This document shows, one piece after another, positions 42,201-54,700 of a stretch of 64,000 nt of DNA. The stretch is from Balanoglossus misakiensis. Taxonomy: Eukaryota > Animalia > Hemichordata. A model generated the notes under the pieces. It had not been told where the DNA came from. It searched no databases and saw only the letters and a program-made list of their open reading frames with translations. Each line of letters starts with the position of its first letter. Position 1 is the first letter of the stretch. A program made the position numbers and the translations under genes. The DNA is taken from NCBI GenBank assembly GCA_040954595.2, contig CM082578.2, forward strand, positions 5,999,519 through 6,063,518. The letters are read 5' to 3'.

Positions 42201-44508
42201 TCTAGTGAGTATGTTGAAATGACAAACGCGAATTCATAATAGAGTACATAAACAAGCCGTTACTCCGAGTCTCTGCGCAAATCTATTGACATTCACAATT
42301 ACACTCGTGAATTCGATTCTGGATGTCAATTTAAAAGTAGTTCACTTCTATCTCACTTTCTCGACGACTACAAGTGAATCTAACATTATTATAACGGAAT
42401 TCTTTCTGTGCGCAGATATTAGCAAATGCGCAACGGCGGCCGCAGAAGAGAAATGTACGAGGCACAATGATTGGTTTAAATCGGAGTGGGTTTTTTCATT
42501 GACAGCGTGTGGTTCTGTTGTCTACGGCTTTCCCAACAACGGGGAAAATATTAATTAAAAAAAAACCTTGGCTGCAACGCTATAGAGACTTCTTGACAAA
42601 TGTTGATGTTCACGTTTCGAGAAGCGATTCAACTTTTTTCTAAATAAATATTATGTCTTTTACATTAAAGAAATTAAAGAGTGCAACTTTGCACTTGTTT
42701 CGGTGTATTGTTAATACTAGCACTGTGGTACTAGTACAATTATAAGAGAGAGCTATACGATTTTGTACCTAGTCATCGCGCCCTTTTCATCGATAAACAG
42801 GGGACGCGTTTTTTCTCGCCAAGGATGGGACATTGATCACAAGGGACCAACTCCAATTTCGACAACGCACTTCAAAAAATCATAATCGCGTCGGAACCGT
42901 AATGTTGCAACGCACTCCATAATATCAGAATAAAACAGTCGCTAATGACGTGGATCCGGTGCGCGTTAAAGATGTGTTACTGGCAACAAAACCGAACACA
43001 ATTGAGAGGAAATGCTACACGTCCCAATTGACCAGGGCATGATATCAATTATCACTCAATCAAATTTGAGCATTTCCACTTTGGCCCAAACAATATGCGC
43101 CGAGCCAAAATAAAAAAAAAAAACAGAAGCGGACACCCTGGCAACGAAGAGAACTTGTAAATTGGCCGTAAATGTGAGGGGGAGAAATCGGACAATGGCC
43201 GCGCGGGGGGAATCGGAGGAAACGGACATTGGGGAGTGGTCAACCCCCTTCAGTGTCAGAGACTCTCACAAATGCCAGACAGGCCACGTGATGCTACCAC
43301 TTTACTAATCTTACTCTTCTCGGTCGCAGGTGAGAAAAAAACTTGCCCCCCCCCCCCTCCCTAGATTGACGAAAGGCTCTCTTGGAAGTTTGTTTTTTGT
43401 CGTGGTTTTCTGGTCTGACCAGTGGGCGGAACAAAGAGAGTTGGCTGACAGTAGCGCGAAATTGAATTGGTTGTAAACGAGGCCACGGCAAAATCGAGCG
43501 CTGCCTGCGGCCATGTACCACTTCACACGTAACCACACAATTCGGATTTTAACAAGTTAGTCGAGACAGCTATCGACCAGTTCGCCCACTGCCCCCCTCT
43601 CTTCCTTCCAATCTTGCCGTAGCTTACAAAACAAACAATACTTACTTCGCTTAGTTTTGTTATGGCCGCAACTAGCTGAAGGGTCGCGTGTCGCCGTTTA
43701 GCCGCCTTTGCCGCCGACTCAAGCTTAGGGACGCGTATATTCCTTTTTTAACTGCGCTACAACCTGCCTAATTGAATTAAAAACCCCTCATACGCACTAC
43801 AAACCGATCAAAAACGAATTAATCGCGAATATGTAGGTTGAGGCGCGACCCCCGCCAGAGTGCAAGGTGTCGTATCTGCGGAGAGACGTCACCAAGACGG
43901 TGTATAATAGTCGGTGTATGTATGTCCGTAATTACCCGCACCGACCTACCAAAAAAAGAACGAAACTCGCGCTACCCTTAATCCCGGAGATGCGAAATTG
44001 CGGGGAAAAACGTGTCGGCGATACTGCGTGCGCCTTCCATATGTTGTGGAGACGCGTGACACCGGAGGGTTGCAGTGTACTCAACGCAGTCAACCAGCGC
44101 CGAGAGACTCCGCGCCCTTTTGTTTATTGCTCTTTGATACGCTGGTAATGTGAAAGTAAGATATTTAGTTTGTATAACGGCAAAGACCATCGCACTCGCC
44201 GATTGTCGACTCTACCCCGATTTGTTTTTTTCCCGTTGCCGTCGCTCGGTCGTCACAATGAGACGGGGTCGGAGGTTGCCGTTTTAATCACTTTCTGATG
44301 AAAATAACGGCTGGGCTGACAGACACGGAGAGGAAAAAACTATAAAAAAGTACGTAAGACAAATTATACTAATGAAAACACATAATTGTGTTTTCAGGGA
44401 GAAAACTTGTGTTGAAGTAGCTTCTATTTGGATACGTGTTTTGAATTTCAAATGAAAATGAACGGAACAAGCACATGAGAAACAATGCTTTTCGGCAATG
44501 AGATTTAA

Positions 44509-44862
44509 AGCCGCTATAGCTGCCGAATTTCACAAAAAATTCATATGTTTTTCCACAGTAAACTACTTCAAATATATTCTCTATCCTCTAAAATCCCCAC
44601 CATTAAGCCGTATTACTTGCATTTGCATCAGTTTGTCATCTCTGGTGACGCATACCACGATAGCTGCGTACTGTTTGTATGGAGGTTGATTAAATCGGTG
44701 CGGAACCGTTTTAATACATAGCGTGTTCAAATTGCAACATGCAGCCACAATCGGGCATCGATAAGGTGTTGGTGTATCAGTAAACTTATTTAGATGGACC
44801 AGTTTAAGTTGGAAAATAAAATCATGAAAGCAATGCAAAAAGCGGCAGCTGTTATAGAGGCT
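44509..44862. mobile_element. MITE with TTAA target-site duplication (Kolobok/piggyBac-like), 354 bp
   Basis: TTAA|AGCCGCTATAGCTGCCG ... CGGCAGCTGTTATAGAGGCT|TTAA: imperfect TIR (1 mismatch, 3-nt indel) flanked by TTAA on both sides. Confidence 0.65.
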
Positions 44863-47800
44863 TTAATAACACAAACGCGTTTACTCTTTCGTAGTACCCA
44901 ACTTGGGTGTTGAGCATCGGGTCCCACGATGAACACACAGACTCCCTTCATTGAGCTGCATCTTTCATTGAGTGAGTAATTACTGCCTCCTTTAAACATT
45001 TTAACAAATGAATCTCAAAACCATTCCATCAATGAGTATACAAGAATTTCTTCTTCTTTTTTGGCTATCGGTTTCCTCATTCTTGGCTTGGAGCCATATC
45101 GCATTTCTTTGTGATCGTAAGATCTAAGACTCGAAAGTGTCGTGAAGTACATTTCGTAATGGCTCAGATAGACAGACATTAATTGGATTGGGCCAGACGT
45201 GCCCGTGGTTCATGTCGACGACGGCGATGGACATTAGCATTCAGACAATTATAAACGGCGGAGCGTTTTGTCCGCTCGCCGTAGACAGCAATCTGCCGTA
45301 GACGCGTGCATGGACAGTGTGACTGTGGCACCATTAAAGTCGTCACGTTCACTGTCAGAGACGCCCGCGAGGGACAGAGGACAATTTGAACCCTGAAAGA
45401 CGACGGTGCGACGGAGAAACACTTTCCCACTCGAATTTCAGACTCACGTAATTTCCTCACGCCAAAGGGTCATTGGAATTGGAGACATAATGAATAATTG
45501 TCTGCACAAGATCGGCCCGATTTTATCCGGCGATTCCTTCGCCTGCATGCGAGAGGCTAGTCGCCGCATTCACTGTTACAATGTACTTTGTGAGTTTCAA
45601 AACTATAAGCATTCTTACTTTGGACGTGGCAAGTACGAGTCACGTGACTTGTGTCGTTCACGTCACGCACTCGCGCGCCCGCGCAGAAACAAATAAGTAC
45701 AGACAGGGCACGACAGAACAAACACAAAACTCACTGAGCAATCAAAACCTAGCACTGGGATAATCCATAACGAAAATTGCCCCACCAGACGACCAACTAA
45801 AATGTTGATAGATTAATACTCCCGTACAACTCGTTTTTAGATACATGTACGTGTGTACCCGTTCGTCCTATTGTCCCCGAGATCAATGACGCGGACGTCA
45901 CTTTCGACAGTGAGGAAACTTCGTCGAGATTGATTTGTGATGTGCCTTTTTTGTGACCTGAACACTGGTCTGCCAAAAAAAATTATTTCTGTACATCGTT
46001 GATCACTGCTTATTGGTCGGAAACTACTAAAAGCCGACCTCCACACCGAGTTTGCCCCTCTTTGTATCCCCAAAACCCCGCTGCTCAGAATGTGTGGAGG
46101 CATTAACCAGACCAAGTATACGTTTGGTATCAACAAAAACTGAAAATAAATTGTCAATCTCTTCTTGCACTCCCAACGGAATGGACCGATTGAATTAAAC
46201 CGCCACTCGGACAAACGAGCGACGAATTAATTTGATTTGTTAGCTGGGAAGGCCTCAGTAATAATTAAAAAGCCATTTCCCCTAATAATCAGCTAGAAGA
46301 TTACATATTTGGTAGCAATTTGGCATGATCTGTTAAAGTAATTGTCCACCTAGCTGATTAAGCCGATACCAATAATATCTCCCGTGTTCATTTCACTGAT
46401 CCAACATTTAGACAGCTATAATTCCAGACCCCCTAGTTTGTTTCGAATGCGGCTGTAATCCGTTCTTACAGAGCGCAGATTTCCCCGGCTTTCATCTCAC
46501 ACCGAGCTTTTCAGAGATTTCGGTGATCCCCGTAAATTTGCCCTGTTTATCTCCGATGTGTACCGGATTTGCAGATTACTGCGAACAGAGAGGGAGTATC
46601 TCGTGGGATATCTACAAATGCCGAGGCTTGCAGTTCAGAAAAAAGATTCTGAAATTGCCCGACACTTCACCACAATGTGTGAAAATACAAAAAAGTTGGT
46701 AATTGGCGTTTGATCATCGACGGGATTCTGAAATACTTCCAGTTCGAGAGCGGGCGTACTCCGCGACAATCTCGCGCACGTGTCCACACCCGCCGCTTTT
46801 TAGTCCATTTCCACAAGTTCGAATCTCCAGTACCGGTATTTTGTTCACATCATTTTCGGTATTACTTCTTTAACTTTATTTTTCCAAATTTCACTGCTTG
46901 ACTTGCAGTCGTACGAGAACCGTCGACAAAGTCGAGTGTACATACAATATGGCCGCGGTGAAGTTACTGCAGATAGTCATTGGGCCTGTGCACGGTGAAA
47001 ACAGCGCCACAGCAATATCATCATAAACCGGCCGCAAGTTCGTGTGCTTTACCATCAAAGAGTGCGGGGAAAGTCCAATAGCTATATCGTCTGTTAAACA
47101 ACAGTACGGTTACCGTAGCTTTCAAGTGGTGTTTTGATAATGGTCGTTAACTCCAAATTTTGACATTGCGTCGAAATGTTCAAGTGACCTTTAAGATGGC
47201 GCATTTCCGACTGGCACAGTGTCGGGCAAAAATAATATAATCGGTAGTAATATTGAATAAGGAGAGGAAATGGTACTTAATAAAGGATGAGCTACTTTTA
47301 ATTAAAAATGCAAAGACTTGACCAACTTTTCAAGTCTATTTTATAACCAAATCGCCATTATACGAAAACGCAGTCTTTAAAATTTCTTGGCATATAAAAA
47401 CATGAACATGGATGCAAGGCTGTAGCATGACTATAGTGTGTACAAAAGCATAGAATGAGACCGTTACTCGTCTGATAAGCAGTGAAAGTTTGTAACGTTG
47501 AAGAAAGAAAAGCCAAAAATGATGTGAAAATGGAACGGAACTAAAAGCGGCGGGTCTGGCCTCGTGTGGTTTTGTGTCGGGGTGCACGCCCCACTCTCGA
47601 ACTAGAAATCTGCAAATGATACACATATACATGTTGTTTGAACTATGATGATTGCGCCTGGTACTGCTCCGACGAATATAAAAATAGCATCGCGATGACA
47701 AGCCATGATACCATCCGTCAGCGTTGTGGCATTTCAAATGGCGTCTTAGAATTGCAATTTTCAAATTTTTGAACATTGAGTGAACAATTACACACTTGTC

Positions 47801-47978
47801 ATTTATGTTTCCGCATAAATTATACACTTTGTGATCAAGAAGCTGTTTCCAGCGACAGGTCATCAATGTCATAACGCACCGCCAAAACCCCATTCACCTA
47901 GCTTTGAAGCGAGACATGCATTTCTCTAACTGGATATAAAATTATTGAATTATTTGGTTTGGAAACGTACCCGCGGTG

Positions 47979-48064
47979 ACGGACGGACGACTTGACAGAC
48001 AAACAGAGAGACAGACAGACACACACACGCGCGAGCGCACACGAACACACAGACAGACAGACAA
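47979..48064. repeat. Degenerate (GACG/GACA/CA) repeat
   Basis: acggacggacga...cagacagacacacacac...cagacagaca. Confidence 0.7.
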
Positions 48065-51000
48065 TGCAACTAAACGTCCGCATTGGCGGTTTTCCAATTG
48101 CTTCATAACAGGAAAAATTCTGAACAACCCACTCTAAAGCCATGATTTATTAGCCTGCTGTAGCGCCAACGATGTATCAACACAGAGACACCAGTAAATC
48201 AGCTTCAAAAGCTATCTGGCAGGATTATTTCTCAAAATGATCTAAAAAATCTAAAATAACATCACTAATTTCTCTCGTGGTGTTTTGACAGCGGCGATCT
48301 AGGTTGAATTTACCCCGTGATTCGGCTACTTAGTTCAAAAACAGCCAATTCGTAGTATGGCGTATCGCTCTTTTGAGGCGAGCTTTCGGCGTCAAAAGGT
48401 ATAATTATGATCACAATCACCATCATAAAATGCTTTTGAACTGCATGTATTTGCCAACTGACGCGGCGTCATCCCTTCACAATTAAAAACTAGCAAATTA
48501 CCAGGCGTATCACGTTGTTAAAGTGGGGGATCGCGCACCAAACAATGACAGACCGCCACTGCTATTTAATTTGTGATCAAGAAAACATTTTGGGCAGATT
48601 AAATTCGTAATCTCATTTTGATGCAAGAGTTTTAATCTCGCCATTCAGTGTTAATGTATTTATGTATTCCCGTCCCAATCTGTTCATCGCCAACGTCGAT
48701 CGCCCATTGTCTAACTCCACTGTTTAATCGAGTTGGATGAGCTTCGGCACGTGTCTTTTTTGAAGCGTGCCCGCGATTGGTCGGCCTTGAACTCGCGGAT
48801 GTGATGGCTCATATACTTGAACTGGACACGTGTCTGTACTAAACCTGGCTTTTTGCTGGCTCTCTTTGGTGTGAAGAGAGCCCTCGATAAAATAAAATAC
48901 AGGTGGCTATACACACTATGTACAAGCGAAGCGAATTGTCACGTACCGGGCCGTCGTGGTGGTGGGACGCGTTCCATGGAAGGGAATGACCAGCTGAGTA
49001 CGGGGTGGTTTAACGCAGGAAACCACGTTCACTTGTATACGTTTAATTCCAGTTCATACTCAAGCATAGCATGCATAGATATTAAAAGGGAGAAATGAAT
49101 AAAAAATTTCACGAAACCGTTGTCGTGTGAACTATAGCGGCGGGAAGAAGAGTCACCCGAAATGTCGATGGAATGGCCCGGGAAAACATGGGACGAGTTA
49201 ACGAACCTACCGAGGTGTCACGGTCGTGTAGCAAGACAGAAGAGAAAGAAATGTGACTGAATACCAAACAGTTATAGATACACGTCGGAATAAAAAGGAG
49301 AGGAAAACTCAGTTTCACCAGCTGGATTAAGTCGTTCGTCAATCACAAAGAGCACACATCACTTCGCGTGTTAAATGTCATTTCACCTTTTTGTACCGCC
49401 CTTCTCATTTGACTACCTTCCCTCCATTAACAACACTTTTAACATTTACGCATGGAAAGAAGCAAGTTATAAATACCAATAGATAACGTCTTTATGTAAT
49501 TGCATTGCTACCGTCTCATATTCTTTGTATACGAGTATACGACAGTCTTCTTAATCTGACTATCAATATACATGTACATTTGTACATGTATTTGTATAGC
49601 AAGATCCAAGAATTCGCGCCCAATTTCCCCGCCAAAAGCTATGCAGCCAATCACAAAGTGATTTGCTAATTCCGAGCAGCAATGCTGGTGGTAGTTTAAT
49701 TTTACATGGTACAATCTTTAAATTTATCAGTACCCCAATCCTCCTCGTACTGCATGTATATTTTTCCAAAATAACGTCGAAGGTTAGCGACTTTCCCCTT
49801 TAAAGTATCTTGGCCAACTGAGGGTTGTAGAACGCTAGAATTTAATTGCAAGCGTGGGGGCATAAAGTGGTCTCAAAGGTGAAGAAAGACACCATATATT
49901 TAGGTTCGCCTAATGAGGAATATAACTAAAACGCTGTCTTTCAACTCAGTAAAAAGCTACAAGATTTCGCCTAATGTACATGATGATGCACATGTAGAAA
50001 AATGTGTTTGTGTATAAGTGCATTGTTCACACGCTGTCTAACGGGATTGACATTATTGGATGAGCAGAAACACGTGGACAAATTCGTGAATCTCGTGATT
50101 TTTATGTGTCTATTTCATTTGAAGGACGATATTTTCAGAAGTGTATGTGTGTGGTTGGGGTGGAGGTGGGATGGGTGGACTGCCAATGTAAAAATCGCAT
50201 TTTGCTTACTGATATATGCTGGGTTGCATTTTGCTACATCTCAACTGACACTCTGCGTGTGGTAAAAGAAATCAGGAAGATAGACATAATTATTTTGATA
50301 GAAATATAATTCCCGGTGCTTGCCTGTGACCTGACATCATGAAGTCTGGTGTATCAAGCAAATAAACACTGCTTGACAGTAAGCAAAGTCTCAATCAACC
50401 AACCACAGTTTTTTTTTATCAAAACCGTGTTCATTTCTTCCACCTTCGGTCGCTCAATTTCCATAACACAATTTGTGTGTGTGTCTGTATGTGTGTGTGT
50501 CTGTGTGTCTTCTCCATGAACCCGCGCACCCCTCCGCTAGACAGCAGAGTTGCCTACACGACTGAGTAATTCGTCTCATGCCCCTTTGCGTAGGAAGGGG
50601 ATGCATACACGGCGTACAATATATGACGCCATGCCAAATTGATCAATGGAATTGCCATCTTTCCAACAGAGAAAACTAAATACCATATTTGGCGGTAAAG
50701 CGAACAGTTTGCGTTACAAGCTGTGAGTACCGTCGAATATGAGGGTCAGTATAACAACACGGCTCAGAAAAAAATAGTCTGAATCACTCAGAGGGCTTAT
50801 AGTTGCAGCGTCGTTGAGCCTAATAAAAAGCTTTCATCGAGGGGAAAAAGTGACAATCGCGTAATTAAAAACGGATTTGAATGAATGACGTATAATACTT
50901 TTGCCATTAGATGGATTAATTCGCAGCGTTATTAGAGTCGATTCTGTTTTGATATCAGAGAAACAACTGGAATTGAAGACGTCTGGAATTCGTTTGCACA

Positions 51001-52190
51001 GTGCGTGTATGACCAACGCGTCATGTATACCCCGTGCGTTTCATGAACTATCGCGAAGTTTGTACTTCATTGACGCCTTTTTCGGTTTTGACCAACTATA
51101 GATGGATTTCAAGGCTTAAAATGTGACATTTCGATGAACGCGCCTGTGACTGACTGCCTTGAAACGTTGGATATTCACCCAGGGAGATACTACTGTAGTA
51201 ATTGGCTGGACGTGTTTAGAACTCGGTCGACGACAGAGCGCCGACCCGCGGACGCATTCACACTCAGTGCTGCATGCATTCCTTGCTTTGTAAGTGCATA
51301 AAAAGACACCATTACATAGTATCTCTGGCGTTTTGTCGTAAACACCAGACTATAATATAGAGTTTGAAACTAAGACTGCGTACCTACCTTTCTGTTCAGT
51401 TGTCGGGTTGTTTGAACGATATTTTGAATAGCGACACCTAGAGCCCGTCGATGTCGAATGATCAGGTGTGGTGCGCGGCTATTATGACGTAATAACGCGA
51501 GCTCGGCCTTCGAGTTTTGCCTTCGAAGTGATAAACTTTACTTCCTAGATTAGTTGACTTCAAATGAAAACTAAAATAAACGAGACACTTGAAGCTAAAG
51601 CCTGGTGGAGAAACGTCACGTGGATACGTTTTACACACAATTAGAAAACTACGGGGAGATAAATGACAGGGTCCGATAAGTTGAACCGATTACAGAGATT
51701 ATGGCAGGGTCGTGAATGAGGTCTGATAGTACTGGACTGCGCTCATTGATGTTCAATTTCTGACCGCCCAGCCCGAGTGCTACAAACGCAACTGGAACTG
51801 GGTGTGTGAACAGGGGGGCTGCACCCAGTGCGGAGTCTACGGATAGATTGGAAGATTTCTATGTATATTATCGGGAAAATTGCCACTTTTTACGATGGAA
51901 GTGTAAAAAGGGTCATTTGTGTTTGCAATGAAAACTCGGCCGCTTTCACAGCACTTATACAGTCCTGCACGTGCAGGTGTTGGGACGGGCAGAAATTGTA
52001 GACTCTGTCACAACACTTTGTCCACAGCATTGCACGTCCTCGCAACTCTGGATACAGGCCCACACAACAGCCTCTCCCTGTGACGACCAGTCACCAACGC
52101 CACCAACGGCAATGTTTGGATTTCTGCAACATTGTGAAATCTAGACACCGACTAGCGAGGGGGCGCCCTGTCAGATATCTTTCCAGTTTG

Positions 52191-52425
52191 AGCCTTTCAT
52201 CTGAAGAAGATAAACTAGCGTAAAAAGAGACAAACACAGAAAGCGAAGTCTTTTATGCAATGAAATCTATGGATATCAACAAGAAGCCAGGTTCAGATGG
52301 GCTTTCATTTGTGTTTTATAGAAGTATACAACTACAAGAAACAATTGACTTAGAAGTAATTGTCAAGAACTGTTATCCAGGTGAGTGTGCTTACATTCCA
52401 GGGCGTTAAATCGATGATGCTAATG
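52191..52425 (+). mobile_element. Degenerate L1/Tx1-type non-LTR retrotransposon reverse-transcriptase fragment
   Basis: One frame reads SLSSEEDKLA*KETNTESEVFYAMKSMDINKKPGSDGLSFVFYRS...CYPGECAYIPGR*IDDAN. This matches the L1/Tx1 ORF2 motifs 'EVxxALKSMxxNKSPGxDGLxxEFY' and 'QxGFIPGRxIxDN'. It has two stops and lacks the intervening 'YRPISLLN' segment (internal deletion). Confidence 0.75.
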
Positions 52426-54346
52426 TTTCACCGAAAGTGTTTTAAATTACGAGAAAAAAAACAAATAGGTCACTGATCGTGAAATGAATCAAACGACAAA
52501 TGAAAATGTCTGAAAGATTTTCAGTCGACAGAATGATAACTATTGTCTATCAGATTGAAAGGTCGTCTTTAGAAATTGTTCATAAAGAACATGTACTCTA
52601 CATGGGAACAAGAATATCAGGCTCATAACTGCCTGGAACAGCAATCTCAGTATTTTGCCAGTTTACCTGCGTTACGCTCGTTTGCCTGACTGATTGGGAC
52701 GCGATGACGCCCTCTACGCACAACATATAGAGTGACATTTCTTTGAGCCAAAACGAGGTTTTTCACTATGAGACCATATTGCTTTTTTGATGCGTTTTGT
52801 TGGCAAATTTCGTTTGATGTGAGAAGTTAGTCACTTTTGTAATCCGTTGCCATGGTGAAATGATTGAATTAACACATTTATTTGTCGTCAATACTACTGG
52901 AACTGTTTTGTAAAGTCTGTCCTAACCTATTAATTTCCATGCTCAATAATTCGTGAATTTCTGCCCATTTCAAATAAATCTGCATAAATGATCTTAATTC
53001 TCCAATTGTAAACAGACTTCTCAGCGTCGACGAGTTGCATTTGAAAATGAATACTCGTACATTTTGTACCACCCAAAGAAATTCAACAATTGTCTCTAAT
53101 TAAAACTTCTATAATCCAGGTTCAAAAATAGCATAACGACGAGAATTATTTGCGAATGTATTATAAGCAACGAGCTGCGGTCGAATGGAAGTTTTAAACG
53201 TACAAAATATTCGAGACGGATTTGAACAGGACGTGTTTTGTAATTTCTTATCGTATAATATCGCGGAAGAAAACGATGCCAGAGCATAGTGCGTGGAAAT
53301 ATTTTGCAAACTTTCTTATACGTTATGAACATGCAATAGAGATCCCTTTTGAGAGCAGTCTAAAACAGTTTGAGACTTCGTTACCATATATTGTGCTGTT
53401 GATCTCACTGTTGTTTTTCCTCTTTTCCAACTTAACCTTCGTCTGTAAACCGACACGAAGAGGTCTTCAATACAACACTTGAAATTACGACAATAATATG
53501 CATGACAATGGTGCGGGTCAATAGACAGTATCCAATCGAAGTGAGGTGAGGTGAAACGTTACACTTCTTTAGTTTTGGATTTCTCAAAGCGAAAAGAGAG
53601 AGAGTTCGTTACAAACAATGGTATCAGACAAAAACGACGTATTAATTGTCATGCAGTTGCCATACCATTTGAGTCTGATATTCTGAAAGTCTCAAAGCGA
53701 GCTTTACTCGTGAAATATCTGAAGGAAGTCGCGCCACTACACTGAACACGTCATCAGGTAGTTTCCTTCGAAAGTGTAAACATTTAAATTAATTGACAGT
53801 GTGAAGCGGGTGTGATCGATTGCAATGGAAATTAAGTATTGTCTGTATGACGGGTTTGTTTGGTGACTTCTATAGATTAAGCGCCCTATACATGTAGTTA
53901 GGCCATCGTTGGCAAATTGACGAGTTTGACTGCAGTGAGTCTGAAGACGCCGGGTCGTGTCTCGTTACTATGTGAGGGCGGTCACGAGTACGCTGGTAAC
54001 GTTTTAAACGCTTTATTGCCATTGGCTATTCGAGAGTTTGTGTGGAAGGCCCGTTCCACGTGCGTGAGTTTATTCGGGCGAGGTGTGCAGGTCGAACTGC
54101 GAGGCTTCACAGTTTGAACGCAGCTGCAGACAACGCTGAATTCACACGTCCGCGCGGTGACCGGCATGGTTAAACCATTAACTTCTGGCGATGTAGTTTG
54201 TTCCCGCCTGTCAACATCACTCCGCGCAGCTGCCCTGGAACTCGTGACAGTACCGACAGCCGGGCTTAACAAGGGGGCCGTTCTGGAGAGCCCTGCCGGA
54301 TATTTATGAACTTCTGGCGCTTGACGCATCGAGTGGCCTGTGAACG

Positions 54347-54700
54347 ATGGCAGAGGTCGCCGATAAGCAAGCCCGGCTTCGACCGATCAGGCTTGCTCTC
54401 AGGCGGAAAAGACTGCTTGAATTAGTGTTCGACAAGAAGACCATGGACCCCAAAGTGTTGGACGAGCGTCGCAGGCAGCGGATACGAGAGACCCTCTCCA
54501 TGATGAACGCCGGCGGCGACGCGGCCAAGAATAAACCCGGTCTCGGCAAGTCGAAGTACCTCATGGCGATGGAAAAGGGCAATTCCGTGTCGTCGCTGGG
54601 AACACTGAAGACGGGGTTAGAAAACTGTAGGTTGGAGCTCTCGAAGGAAGTGGACGCGGGAGAGGTGTCCATTGACGACGACCACAAAACTCATGAACAG
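54347..54700 (+). CDS. cnbd2: CNBD2-like cyclic nucleotide-binding domain protein, coding exon 1 (MAEVADKQ...DDDHKTHEQ, 118 codons)
   Basis: ATG in good context (acgATGG) with in-frame TGA at 54341. GC3-rich codon usage drops abruptly after CAG|GTACAC at 54701. Phase 0 join to the next exon. Confidence 0.8.

Noticed and set aside
47336-47893. 185-aa minus-strand ORF
   Set aside because: No recognisable domain, no codon bias and no convincing splice context.
52056-52069. 14-mer AGGCCCACACAACA shared with about 59775
   Set aside because: Several chance 14-mer matches are expected in 64 kb, and the flanks do not extend.
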